From: an uncultured Corynebacterium sp.
GTDB lineage: Bacteria > Actinomycetota > Actinomycetes > Mycobacteriales > Mycobacteriaceae
Direction of reading: 5' to 3'
Assembly: GCF_946222835.1 (NCBI RefSeq)
Contig: NZ_CAMIHD010000002.1
Span: 45,114 to 109,113, forward strand
Length of the DNA stretch: 64,000 nucleotides
Position numbers and translations under genes: made by a program. Under the pieces are notes generated by a model, which was not told the DNA's origin, searched no databases, and was given only the letters and a program-made list of their open reading frames with translations. This document shows positions 1 to 9,211 of this stretch, piece by piece (within the stretch, counting starts at the first letter, position 1; each line of letters begins with the position of its first letter).

Positions 1-1253
1 ATGCCAAGGATCTGGCGAAAAAATTGGAGGATGCAGACGGCTCCTTTTCCGTCACCATGTTTACGGAGGATCAAGCTAAGGCCGTGCGCCCCAGGGTGGA
101 AGGCATGGACGGCGTGCGACTCAATGAAGAACCAGCTCTGGTCACCCGCGACCGTGGCCTGGCACCCGATCTGATGTCGCGCGTGCGCTCCGCGGTCCAA
201 GATGAGGTTGATGGCCAAACCGGCTGGTCCATTTCTGTGGTCAATGAGAATGGCGCAGCACTCTCTGATGTGGAAAAGCACGACCCTGATGCGGCACCGT
301 CGATCAAGGTAGGTCTGGACTACGATGTGCAGCGTGCCGCGCAGGAGGCGGTCAATGAGCGTGCCGATTCCCAGGCCATGCTCGTAGCCATCCGGCCCTC
401 CAATGGCGATATCCTAGCCGTCGCCCAAACCGAGAAGGCCGATGAAGACGGCGACGTAGCCCTCCAAGGTCAGTACCCTCCGGGCTCGGTGTTCAAGATT
501 CTCACCGCCGCGGCCGGCGTAGAAAAACAGGGGCTTAATACCGATACCATCGTTCCGTGCCCGGGCACCATGGATATCTTTGGCCGCGTGGTGACCAACT
601 ACAACGCTTTCGCCCTAGGCAGCGTTCCGCTCAGCCAAGCCTTTGCACAATCCTGCAACACTACTTTCGCGGATATCTCCACCAAGCTTAAGCCTGGTGA
701 GTTGAAAGACATGGGAAAGAAGTTTGGCTTCGGCGTGGAATACGATATCCCAGGCCTTACTACCATTACCGGTTCCATTCCGGAGGGCAAAGAACCACTG
801 GAGCGCACTGAAGCTGGCTATGGACAGGGTTACGACTTGGCTAGCCCTTTCGGCATGGCGCTGGTCTCTGCCACGGTAGCCAACGGCAAAACGCCAACAC
901 CTCAGCTGATTGAAGGCCATGAGACCAAAGCCTCCGATAAGCCGCAGCAGATTTCTAAGCCCGTGTTGGACAATGTCCGCAGCATGATGCGCCAAGTGGT
1001 CACCAGCGGTACTGCCCGCAGCATGGCTGCTGGCGGCACCATCTACGGCAAGACCGGTGAGGCCGAGATTAACGAGGGCTCGCACGCCTGGTTTACCGGC
1101 TACCGCGAAGAAGACGATATCGCCTTTGCCACCCTCGTGGTTTTGGGCGGCGGCTCCGATGTATCGGTAAATATCACGAGCAACTTCTTGCAGAAGGTCG
1201 ATGATTACCGTTCAGGCCCACACGAAGGGGCAGCGCCCCCAGCCGAAGGCTAG
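1..1253 (+). CDS. penicillin-binding protein, transpeptidase domain; 5' end lies upstream of the window
   Basis: The reading frame is open from nt 3 with no stop before the first Met at 24. It shows the SxxK active-site motif (SVFK) and a KTG motif (GKTGEAE) typical of PBP/beta-lactamase-fold transpeptidases. The position upstream of map matches the Mtb Rv2864c arrangement. Confidence 0.8.
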   Translation, partial: AKDLAKKLEDADGSFSVTMFTEDQAKAVRPRVEGMDGVRLNEEPALVTRDRGLAPDLMSRVRSAVQDEVDGQTGWSISVVNENGAALSDVEKHDPDAAPSIKVGLDYDVQRAAQEAVNERADSQAMLVAIRPSNGDILAVAQTEKADEDGDVALQGQYPPGSVFKILTAAAGVEKQGLNTDTIVPCPGTMDIFGRVVTNYNAFALGSVPLSQAFAQSCNTTFADISTKLKPGELKDMGKKFGFGVEYDIPGLTTITGSIPEGKEPLERTEAGYGQGYDLASPFGMALVSATVANGKTPTPQLIEGHETKASDKPQQISKPVLDNVRSMMRQVVTSGTARSMAAGGTIYGKTGEAEINEGSHAWFTGYREEDDIAFATLVVLGGGSDVSVNITSNFLQKVDDYRSGPHEGAAPPAEG

Positions 1254-1319
1254 AACCCCCGCCTGCCCTCGTGACCCCGGCTGCTGCATTATGGGCGTGG
1301 AGGACTACCATGGGAAACC

Positions 1320-2189
1320 ATGAGTAATCGAGGAAAGCTAAAGCCAGGCAAGCCCACCCCCATCCTCACCGTGCCGGAGAGCATTGAGCGCCCCGAGTAC
1401 GTGTGGAAGGACGAAGTGCAGGAGGGCATTGGCGAGCCCTACGTCCAGTCTCCTGAAGTCATTGAGAAGATGCGTGAGGCCTGCAAGATTGCAGCCAACG
1501 CACTCAAGGAGGCCGGCAAGGCCGTGCAGCCGGGCGTAACTACTGATTATGTGGACCGCGTGGCGCACGAGTACATGTGCGACCACGGCGCTTACCCGTC
1601 CACGCTGGGCTACCGCGGCTTCCCCAAGTCCAGCTGCGTTTCCCTCAATGAGATTGTTTGCCACGGCATCCCGGATACCACCGTGATTGAGGATGGCGAC
1701 ATCGTTAATATCGATATCACTGCTTATAAGAACGGCGTCCACGGTGATAATAACGCCACCTTCCTCGCCGGCGACGTCTCCGAGGAACACCGCCTGCTGG
1801 TAGAGCGCACCAAGGAGGCCACCATGCGCGGTATCAAGGCCGCAAAGCCCGGCCGTGAGATTAACGTCATTGGCCGCGTTATTGAGTCTTATGCCAAGCG
1901 CTTCGGCTACAACGTCGTGCGCGATTTCACCGGCCACGGTGTTGGCCCGACTTTCCATAACGGCCTGGTTGTCCTGCACCATGACTCGACCGTCTACCGC
2001 GATATCCTCGAACCGGGTATGACGCTTACCGTTGAGCCGATGATTAACCTCGGCTCCTTGGATTATGAGATCTGGGACGATGACTGGACCGTTCAAAACA
2101 CTGACGGCAAGTTCACCGCCCAGTTTGAGCACACCCTTGTCATCACCGAGGACGGCAACGAAATCCTTACCATCCCAGACGAGGACTAG
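1320..2189 (+). CDS. map: methionine aminopeptidase type I with actinobacterial N-terminal extension
   Basis: 289-aa ORF with the MetAP fold signature (metal-binding D, D, H, E, E residues; HGIP motif) and the ~40-aa N-terminal extension of MapB-type enzymes. Confidence 0.9.
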   Translation: MSNRGKLKPGKPTPILTVPESIERPEYVWKDEVQEGIGEPYVQSPEVIEKMREACKIAANALKEAGKAVQPGVTTDYVDRVAHEYMCDHGAYPSTLGYRGFPKSSCVSLNEIVCHGIPDTTVIEDGDIVNIDITAYKNGVHGDNNATFLAGDVSEEHRLLVERTKEATMRGIKAAKPGREINVIGRVIESYAKRFGYNVVRDFTGHGVGPTFHNGLVVLHHDSTVYRDILEPGMTLTVEPMINLGSLDYEIWDDDWTVQNTDGKFTAQFEHTLVITEDGNEILTIPDED

Positions 2190-2201
2190 AAACTATAAAC
2201 T

Positions 2202-2248
2202 AAGGCCGCCTCCATGGCCCAGTAGGCGAGTGGAGGCGGCCTTTTGCA
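2202..2248 (+). terminator. Rho-independent terminator downstream of map
   Basis: GC stem AGGCCGCCTCCA (2203-2214) pairs with TGGAGGCGGCCT (2231-2242) and is followed by TTTT. Confidence 0.6.
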
Positions 2249-2320
2249 TGCTTGCCGACGCCCGACGGTAGACGCCAGACGCCGTGCGCAACGGGTTCAC
2301 ACTTAGCAACCAGCTGCGCA

Positions 2321-2354
2321 TAGCAAAAGGGCCTCGTTCGAAGAACGAGGCCCC
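2321..2354 (-). terminator. Rho-independent terminator for the minus-strand gene 2396..2797
   Basis: Hairpin GGGCCTCGTTC-GAA-GAACGAGGCCC (2329-2353) followed on the minus strand by a U-tract (plus-strand CAAAA 2324-2328). Confidence 0.6.
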
Positions 2355-2395
2355 GTGCAAGCCCTAGCCATCTAGAGCCAATCTGCAGCTAATAA

Positions 2396-2797
2396 TTAGC
2401 GGCGGAAGATTGGGTCCAGGATGTGCTGCGGGATGATGCCGTTGTGAACAGCGTAGTTGTAAGCGCCGATGATTGCGCCGATGACGGAGGTGATGCCCAG
2501 TGCGGTAGCACCCTTCTTCCAATCGGAAGCCCACTCCGGGATGTTTTCGGAGATTTCGGTGCCCCACATGTCCTCGCCGGTAACCTGGTTTTCAGGCTTA
2601 ACGACAGGCTTGCCGTCCTCACCTTCGGACCATGCACCCTTCTTCTTGCCCAGCTGGGTGAAGGAGCTGGAGGAAGAAGAGGAGGTGGTGTTCTCGTTGG
2701 TGGAGGAAGACTCTGCAGCAGAAGCAACGGCGGTGCCGCCGAAGGCTACGGTGACAGCGGTAGCAGCAGCAACGGCTGCGGTGCGGAAGTTACGCAT
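2396..2797 (-). CDS. small exported protein, paralog 1: signal peptide, Ser-rich acidic linker and C-terminal hydrophobic helix
   Basis: 133-aa ORF with a GAAAGG SD 12 nt upstream. It has an N-terminal signal peptide (MRNFRTAAVAAATAVTVAFGGTAVASA), a low-complexity hydrophilic region and a C-terminal hydrophobic segment GITSVIGAIIGAYNYAVHNG. It is paralogous to the adjacent gene 2846..3232. Confidence 0.65.
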   Translation of the reverse strand: MRNFRTAAVAAATAVTVAFGGTAVASAAESSSTNENTTSSSSSSSFTQLGKKKGAWSEGEDGKPVVKPENQVTGEDMWGTEISENIPEWASDWKKGATALGITSVIGAIIGAYNYAVHNGIIPQHILDPIFRR

Positions 2798-2845
2798 TAT
2801 GAAAATTACCTTTCGGAAGTTTTGATGAAGCCGAGTGGCTGTTGC

Positions 2846-3232
2846 TTAGAAGGAAGGGCCGTGTACGAAGAAGTTGTATACAGGGCCGATGATGCCGCCG
2901 AGCAGGGCGCCGATGCCTGCTACAACGGTTGCACCGTAGAAGACCTTTGCCCATGCTGGCTGGTCGGAGAAGTCCTTGGAAGAACCGAAGATGCCAACGC
3001 CGTTAGCTGCCTGGTCGCCCTCGAGCTTGTGGCCAAGCTCGGAGGACAGAGAGCCGCCGGACTTGCCGTTGTCATCGTCGCCGCCCTTTGCGGTGTTGGA
3101 CGGGTTCTGCGGCTGTACCTCGATCTCGGTGCCGTTCTGGTTGACGGTCTCGTCAGCGGAAGCAACGGTGGTGCCGCCGAAGGCAACGGCGAGAGCGGTT
3201 GCGCCAGCGATAGCTGCATTGCGGATACGCAT
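2846..3232 (-). CDS. small exported protein, paralog 2
   Basis: I moved the start to the internal Met at 3232 (MRIRNAAIAGATALAVAFGGTTVASA signal peptide) because an AAGGA SD sits 9 nt upstream. The long 183-aa ORF 2846..3397 has no SD and only adds a non-conserved extension. The C-terminus (VVAGIGALLGGIIGPVYNFFVHG) aligns with paralog 1. Confidence 0.6.
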   Translation of the reverse strand: MRIRNAAIAGATALAVAFGGTTVASADETVNQNGTEIEVQPQNPSNTAKGGDDDNGKSGGSLSSELGHKLEGDQAANGVGIFGSSKDFSDQPAWAKVFYGATVVAGIGALLGGIIGPVYNFFVHGPSF

Positions 3233-3554
3233 ATCAAAATTCCTTAAAAGTCGTACTTGCAAGGCTTCCACATTGGGAAACCAAAGTGTTATTGAATGTA
3301 CAGGGAACATCCAGAAACACGCGGTAGCCGTGTTCGTATCGGCTCTAGCCGGTGTCTCAACACAATTTAGTAAAACTGTTGTCCTTTTGCACGTCATGGG
3401 CCGAAATTCCGGCCATTAAATTTATTTGGGCCCCTTAAAGGAGTTGAATTCCCTGAAAATGCAAAGTAGGAATCCTTAGTCTGAAGTGGGAAGATATCTT
3501 ATAGGCTGGGAAGATACTGGGCATGTGTGAGAAAGATCACGTAACAATTTACTT

Positions 3555-4952
3555 TTACCACTCCAGTCCCAAAAGGGCATTTTCCACTACTTCTGGCAGC
3601 GCAGGGTGGATCCAATATTGGTTGCGAGTGAACTCCCGCATGTCCAATTTGTAGGCCATCGCGGTAATCAATTGCTGGATGAGGGTGGAGGCCTGCGGGC
3701 CCATGAGGTGCGCGCCGAGAAGCTGCCCTGTCGCGCGATCGGCAACTAGCTTGCAGATACCGGTGCTATCTTCCATAGCCCAGCCGTAGGCAACGTCGCC
3801 AAAGTTCTGGACCTTGACGGTGACGTCGAAGCCCTTCTGTCGTGCTTGCTTCTCAGTTAGGCCCACTGTGGCGATTTGTGGGTGGGTAAAGATGGCGGCG
3901 GGGACATTGTCGTGGGGCAGTGGGCGGAGATCTTCTGGGTGGAGCAGGTTGTGCTGCACGGCACGGGTCTCCGCATTGGCTACGTGCTTGAGCATATATG
4001 GAGAAGAGACATCGCCAAGCGCCCAAACGCCCTCGGCGGTGGTTCGGCCGAACTCGTCGGTGCTCACGCGGGCGTCGGCAAGCAGCTTAATGCCTGCCTT
4101 GTCCAGATCCATCTGATCGCCGTTTGGGGTGCGCCCGGTAGCAACGAGAATCGCTTCTGCTTCCACGGACTCACCATTGTCGAGCTCCAACCGCACTCCA
4201 TTGTCGGTCTTTTCGAGCTTGGTGCCATTGGCTATGCGCACGTCGAAGCGATCACGGGCAATCTGGTTGAAGCGCCTGGAAATGTCATCATCGAGGTGGC
4301 GCAGCAAGGTCTCGGACCGGTTGACCACGGTCACCTTGGTGCCGAGGCCGTCGAAGACGTGGGCAAACTCCATCGCGATATAGCCGCCGCCCACCACGAT
4401 TAAGCTCTCCGGCTGGTGGTCCATGCGCATAATGTCTTCGTTGGTGTAGTACTTGACGCCGGACGTAGCGTAAACCTCCGGAATGACCGGTCGGGAACCG
4501 GCAGCAATGACGATCTGATCGCCACTGATGACATGGTTGCCGGTTTGTATGGTCTTGGGGCCAATAAAGCGAGCGTGTTCGTCGTAGACGGTGATATTAG
4601 GGGTTTCCTCACCGCGGCGGTACTGCTCGCCGCCTTGGGCAATCTGGTCGATGCGGTTGTTAAAGACGCGGTCCACAATGGAGCTCCAGTCCACGCTGTT
4701 GACCTGAGCATCTAGGCCTAGCCGGCCGGCTTCGCGTGCAGCCAAGGCGATGTCGGCGGCATAGACATACATCTTGGTGGGAATGCAGCCTACGTTGAGG
4801 CAGGTGCCGCCGAAGGTGCCCTTTTCAATGATGGCGATTTTCTGGTCATCAAAATCCGGGCTAGGGATAGAGTTTCCGGAGCCGGTGCCAATGATAATGA
4901 GGTCGAAATGTTCTTCGGCAGCGGGCGTGTGGGACTGGTGTGAAGTAGTCAC
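3555..4952 (-). CDS. mtr: pyridine nucleotide-disulfide oxidoreductase, probably mycothione (mycothiol disulfide) reductase
   Basis: 465-aa ORF with an N-terminal FAD-binding GxGxxG (IIIGTGSGN) and the redox-active disulfide GGTCLNVGCIPTK. The location near map parallels Mtb mtr (Rv2855). Dihydrolipoamide dehydrogenase cannot be excluded. Confidence 0.7.
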   Translation of the reverse strand: MTTSHQSHTPAAEEHFDLIIIGTGSGNSIPSPDFDDQKIAIIEKGTFGGTCLNVGCIPTKMYVYAADIALAAREAGRLGLDAQVNSVDWSSIVDRVFNNRIDQIAQGGEQYRRGEETPNITVYDEHARFIGPKTIQTGNHVISGDQIVIAAGSRPVIPEVYATSGVKYYTNEDIMRMDHQPESLIVVGGGYIAMEFAHVFDGLGTKVTVVNRSETLLRHLDDDISRRFNQIARDRFDVRIANGTKLEKTDNGVRLELDNGESVEAEAILVATGRTPNGDQMDLDKAGIKLLADARVSTDEFGRTTAEGVWALGDVSSPYMLKHVANAETRAVQHNLLHPEDLRPLPHDNVPAAIFTHPQIATVGLTEKQARQKGFDVTVKVQNFGDVAYGWAMEDSTGICKLVADRATGQLLGAHLMGPQASTLIQQLITAMAYKLDMREFTRNQYWIHPALPEVVENALLGLEW

Positions 4953-4979
4953 GTTTATTCCTTTTATATAGGGGCTAAA

Positions 4980-6011
4980 TTACTGAGTGGATTGTGGAGT
5001 ATCGAGGACGGTGGGCAGCCACTTGTCACAGGTGTCAAAAGCTTCTTGGAGCGGGTCCGGAAGCGATAGGAACACATCGTGCCTAGCACCCTTGATGGGA
5101 TGCAAGGTGTAGTGGGCACTGAGTTCCTTTGCCCAGCGGCGCGTTTGGGCAACGTCGATGATGACATCCGCGTGGTTCACGCTGTCGGAATAGGGCTGGC
5201 CCAGTTGAGTGCGAGTGGACTGCAGCGTCAGAATAGGCACGCCGGCGTCAACACGCCCGCTATGGATAGCGTCAAAGCCCCGAAATACTGCGGCTATCCA
5301 GCCGACATATTTCTTATGGCCAGACAGCGGCTTAAAGCGGAGGTCAAAATCCCACTCGCCGTAGAAATCTTGATGTACGGACTCGCCGTAGGCGGTGAAG
5401 TTGCCACCGGGAAGCGGAGTCATGGGGGCGATGCGCCCCAGCGCGTATAAGAGCGGTTTTAGTGGGGTAAGAACCTGGCCGGGCACGCCCATCATGTCGA
5501 GCCAGGGGCTGTTGAGGACTAGGCCCTTCAACCGCTGGTGGCGTTGCTGGTCAGTTTGACGCAAGTGATCCATCCATAGCGGGGCGATTAAGCCACCCGT
5601 GGAGTGAGCGATGAAGATAATCTCATCGTTAGGGATGGCATCGAGTGAAGCGGTGAGATCAGCAAAGTAGAACGCCAAATCCGATACATAGTGCCATGAC
5701 TGGCCGGAGCGGTGCGAGCGACCGCACTTGCGTAGGTCAACGGCATAGAAATCGTACCCTTGGGCGGCAAAGTGCTCGGCTACGTGGGTATGGAAAAAAT
5801 AATCGGTCATGCCGTGGAGCCACACCAGTGCCGGGCGCGACGAGGCAGCGGATGGCTCTCGTGCTGCATCGCCCGTCTGCTGGGGCGCGTAGTGCACCAG
5901 CGTGGTGACCACGTTGCCCTCGCCGTCGGGGTCTGCGCCCAAACCAATGGTGGCAGCTTCATAGTCGGGGCCGAGTTTGTCTGGGCCCCATACTGGGGAG
6001 TGTGTAACCAT
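4980..6011 (-). CDS. alpha/beta-hydrolase fold esterase/lipase
   Basis: 343-aa ORF with the GxSxG nucleophile elbow (IAHSTGG) in an alpha/beta-hydrolase context. Confidence 0.7.
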   Translation of the reverse strand: MVTHSPVWGPDKLGPDYEAATIGLGADPDGEGNVVTTLVHYAPQQTGDAAREPSAASSRPALVWLHGMTDYFFHTHVAEHFAAQGYDFYAVDLRKCGRSHRSGQSWHYVSDLAFYFADLTASLDAIPNDEIIFIAHSTGGLIAPLWMDHLRQTDQQRHQRLKGLVLNSPWLDMMGVPGQVLTPLKPLLYALGRIAPMTPLPGGNFTAYGESVHQDFYGEWDFDLRFKPLSGHKKYVGWIAAVFRGFDAIHSGRVDAGVPILTLQSTRTQLGQPYSDSVNHADVIIDVAQTRRWAKELSAHYTLHPIKGARHDVFLSLPDPLQEAFDTCDKWLPTVLDTPQSTQ

Positions 6012-6275
6012 GCCTAGATTCTAGGTGTAATGAAGGACTTATGGTGTTGGTGCTGGGGTGTAAATAGTGGGGGCGGAAACTCTCACATTTTTGTCACTGG
6101 TCTGGGGGAGAAATCCCAAATTGAATAAGAAAAGCGTAGAGTAAGGCCTTAATGCGTGACGCACTGCCAGGTTGTCATAGTGCAACTAAGGCAGCGCGGG
6201 GCGCTAAGCGCTATAAATCAAGGCGTAGACCACGCCGATGGATATCTATTTTCAATTCGAAGAGGTAATAACACA

Positions 6276-7772
6276 GTGTCCTCCGCTAAGAAGACAGCAC
6301 AGGTTGTAGACGAGGTCGATGTAGCACTCATTGGTGCCGGCATCATGAGCGCCACCCTGGGTGCTATGCTCCGCGAGTTGGAGCCCAGCTGGACTCAGAT
6401 GATCTTTGAGCGCCTAGATGGCCCCGCATTGGAGTCTTCCTCCCCGTGGAATAATGCTGGTACTGGACACTCTGCACTGTGCGAGCTGAACTACACCCCG
6501 GAGAAGAATGGTCGCATCGATATCTCCAAGGCTCTGGGCATTAATGAAAAGTTCCAGAAGTCTCGCCAGTTCTGGTCCCACCAGCTCAACAACGGTATTC
6601 TGACCGACCCGAGCGAATTCATTAACCCAGTTCCTCACGTATCCTTTGCTCAAGGTGAAATCCAGGTGGACTACCTTAAGCGCCGCTATGACGTGTTGAG
6701 CGAGAAGCACATGTTCCCGGGCATGCAGTTCTCCGCTGATGATTCGGTCTTTGCGGAGAAGCTGCCGTTGATGGCACAGGGCCGCGATTTCTCCAATAAG
6801 GTAGCCATCTCCTGGACCGATGCTGGCACTGACGTTAACTTTGGTGCGCTGACCAAGCAGTTCCTGACCGCGGCTAAGGCCTCCGGTACCGAGATCCGCT
6901 ACGGCCACGAGGTCATCGATATCAGGCGCGATGGCTCTGCGTGGAAGGTGTACTCGAAGAACAAGCACACCGACGACATCACTGTGGTCAAGGCCAAATT
7001 CGTTTTCGTTGGTGCCGGCGGTTATGCTCTCGATCTACTGCGCAAGGCCAAGGTGAAGGAAGTAGCCGGTTTTGCTGGCTTCCCGGTTTCCGGTTTGTGG
7101 CTGCGCTCCAAGAACTCGGAGCTGGTTGAGCAGCACCAGGCCAAGGTTTACGGCAAGGCTGCTGTGGGCGCCCCGCCAATGTCCGTGCCGCACCTGGACA
7201 CCCGTGTCATCGATGGCGAGAAGGGGCTGCTCTTCGGTCCGTACGGCGGCTGGAGCCCGAAGTTCCTGAAGAAGGGAAGCTACCTGGACCTGTTCAAGTC
7301 CATTCGCCCAGATAACATCACCTCCTACCTTGGTGTGGCGGTTCAGGAGTTCGGACTGACTAAGTATCTAGTGGATGAAGTACGCAAGGACTTCTCCGAC
7401 CGCGTGGAAGCCCTGCGGGAGTACGTACCGGAGGCAAAGGAAAGCGACTGGGAGACCGTCGTTGCTGGCCAGCGTGTTCAGGTGATCAAGCCTGCAGGTG
7501 CTCCGCAGTTCGGTTCTCTTGAGTTTGGTACCACCCTGGTTAATAACCAAGAGGGCAATATCGCCGGTCTGCTCGGCGCTTCCCCGGGCGCCTCTATCAC
7601 CCCAGCCGTCATGTTGGAGTTGCTGGAGCGTTGCTTCGGTGAGCACATGATCGATTGGGCAGATAAGATCCGCGAGATGGTTCCGTCTTATGGCATTAAA
7701 CTGCGCAATGACAAGAAGCTGTATGACGAAATGTGGGAGTACACCCAGAAGACCCTGAAGCTGGATCGCTAA
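6276..7772 (+). CDS. mqo: malate:quinone oxidoreductase
   Basis: The N-terminus VDVALIGAGIMSATLGAMLREL (FAD-binding) and the ~500-aa length are typical of Mqo. I moved the start to the GTG at 6276, which has an AGAGG SD 10 nt upstream. The long ORF from 6156 adds an implausible leader. Confidence 0.85.
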   Translation: MSSAKKTAQVVDEVDVALIGAGIMSATLGAMLRELEPSWTQMIFERLDGPALESSSPWNNAGTGHSALCELNYTPEKNGRIDISKALGINEKFQKSRQFWSHQLNNGILTDPSEFINPVPHVSFAQGEIQVDYLKRRYDVLSEKHMFPGMQFSADDSVFAEKLPLMAQGRDFSNKVAISWTDAGTDVNFGALTKQFLTAAKASGTEIRYGHEVIDIRRDGSAWKVYSKNKHTDDITVVKAKFVFVGAGGYALDLLRKAKVKEVAGFAGFPVSGLWLRSKNSELVEQHQAKVYGKAAVGAPPMSVPHLDTRVIDGEKGLLFGPYGGWSPKFLKKGSYLDLFKSIRPDNITSYLGVAVQEFGLTKYLVDEVRKDFSDRVEALREYVPEAKESDWETVVAGQRVQVIKPAGAPQFGSLEFGTTLVNNQEGNIAGLLGASPGASITPAVMLELLERCFGEHMIDWADKIREMVPSYGIKLRNDKKLYDEMWEYTQKTLKLDR

Positions 7773-7855
7773 AGCCAGCTTCTGCCTCGTTTGCCCCTGC
7801 ACCGCCGCCGTTGTGGTGTAGGGGCTTCGTGAGCCTTGGGCAAGGTGGGGACAGG

Positions 7856-9211
7856 TTAAGTACCGCAGTAGGTGAGATAGCCTTTGAGCCCAAGAGGATC
7901 CGGCGCTTCGAATGAAGGGTGCGGATACCAAGGATGGGTGACTGCATGGAGGATCTCACGGAAGGGGCCCATCTCGCCACGCTCGGCAGAGCTCAATGCG
8001 GCTTCTACCGCAAGGTTGCGGGGGATAACTCGCGGCATGGCGCTATCAACACGGGAAGGATCGGGAGAGGACGTTAGGTACTCATCCACGAAGTCGCCCT
8101 CGGGAAGGAGCTCGCGGGCGGGGGTGGGGTGGCCCGCGGCGGCGTCGGCAAGAGCGCGATGGGCCAGCGTGATATCTGGACCATTGAGCCGCATAGCAGC
8201 GGAATAGGAAGAAGCGATCTCCAGAGAGGTGTCCAAAGCCCTCGCTAAATCTTTATTGCGGTGGTGCTCAAAGCGATCTGTATAGCCGTTGATGGTTTCT
8301 TGGGCGAAGTCCATGGCCTTATTCATGTCCATGTCAAAGAGCGGCAGGAGGGATTCAGCCAAGCGGGCCAGATTCCATCCCAGGATGGAGGGTTGATTGC
8401 CAAAAGCATAACGGCCTTGCCTATCGATGCTGGAAAAGACCGTGTCAGGGGAGTATGCCTCCATAAAGGCACAAGGACCATAGTCTATGGTTTCGCCGGA
8501 GATGGTGGTGTTATCCGTATTCATCACGCCGTGGATAAAGCCCAAGCGCATCCATTGGGACACGGTGCGGATCTGCGTATCCATCACTTGGGTGAAAAAT
8601 TCCTGGTAGTCCGAGCCAGGGTAGTGGCGAGCTATGGCATAATCGGCCAGCTGGCGGGTGTAATCCGTCTGGGCGGCTAGATGAAAGGTGCCCACGCGAA
8701 TATGGCTAGCGGCAACGCGCACCACGATGCCGGCCGGTTGCACATGCCCGCGTTGGATGGGCCGGCCGGTGGAGATGACCGCCAGTGCTCGGGTGGTGGG
8801 CACACCTAAAGCATGCATGGCCTCAGAGATTAGGTACTCGCGCAGCATGGAAGACAGCGTTCCGCGGCCATCGGACCCGAGGCGGGAATATGGAGTCAGT
8901 CCGGTTCCCTTGGCATGCAAGTCCCAGAGCTGGCCGTCCTTTTCCACTTCGCCTAAGAGCATAGCCCGGCCGTCTCCCATCTGCGGATTAAACGCACCGA
9001 ATTGGAAGCCGGAATAGGCCATGGCGTGGCCGCCCGCGCGGCCGGTGAGGAACTCGAGGCCTTCGGATGAGCGCAGCCAGTCAGGGTCGAATCCCAATTC
9101 CATGGCGAGTTCCTCGTTGAGGATGACCAACTCTGGGTGTGGCTGCTCTTCGCCCTCGGTGGAGCGGACTAGGTGGGGAAGCTTCTGCGCAAAATCGTGG
9201 TGTAGCTGCAT
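7856..9211 (-). CDS. selO: protein adenylyltransferase SelO (YdiU/UPF0061 family)
   Basis: 451-aa ORF with a SelO-like pseudokinase core; conserved motifs are recognisable throughout. Confidence 0.75.
   Translation of the reverse strand: MQLHHDFAQKLPHLVRSTEGEEQPHPELVILNEELAMELGFDPDWLRSSEGLEFLTGRAGGHAMAYSGFQFGAFNPQMGDGRAMLLGEVEKDGQLWDLHAKGTGLTPYSRLGSDGRGTLSSMLREYLISEAMHALGVPTTRALAVISTGRPIQRGHVQPAGIVVRVAASHIRVGTFHLAAQTDYTRQLADYAIARHYPGSDYQEFFTQVMDTQIRTVSQWMRLGFIHGVMNTDNTTISGETIDYGPCAFMEAYSPDTVFSSIDRQGRYAFGNQPSILGWNLARLAESLLPLFDMDMNKAMDFAQETINGYTDRFEHHRNKDLARALDTSLEIASSYSAAMRLNGPDITLAHRALADAAAGHPTPARELLPEGDFVDEYLTSSPDPSRVDSAMPRVIPRNLAVEAALSSAERGEMGPFREILHAVTHPWYPHPSFEAPDPLGLKGYLTYCGT

Noticed and set aside
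1338-2132. Long antisense or alternative-frame ORFs overlapping confidently assigned genes. Examples: 1338..2132(-), 2423..3247(+), 3876..4403(+), 16465..17388(-), 20142..21164(-), 21736..22740(-), 22807..23667(-), 23677..24435(-), 54809..55957(-), 56208..57167(-), 58123..59109(+), 60933..62159(-).
   Set aside because: They are typical high-GC stop-codon-poor shadow frames. Each lies wholly inside a gene whose product has clear conserved motifs, and the shadow translations are low-complexity Arg/Ala/Gly-rich with no recognisable motifs.
2846-3397. 183-aa version of the second exported paralog starting at 3397.
   Set aside because: The extra 55 N-terminal residues have no counterpart in paralog 1 and there is no SD at 3397. 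The internal Met at 3232 has an AAGGA SD and begins a signal peptide matching paralog 1.
6156-6275. Upstream extension of mqo to 6156.
   Set aside because: The extension is not Mqo-like. The GTG at 6276 with an AGAGG SD gives the expected about 498-aa protein beginning right before the FAD-binding GxGxxG.
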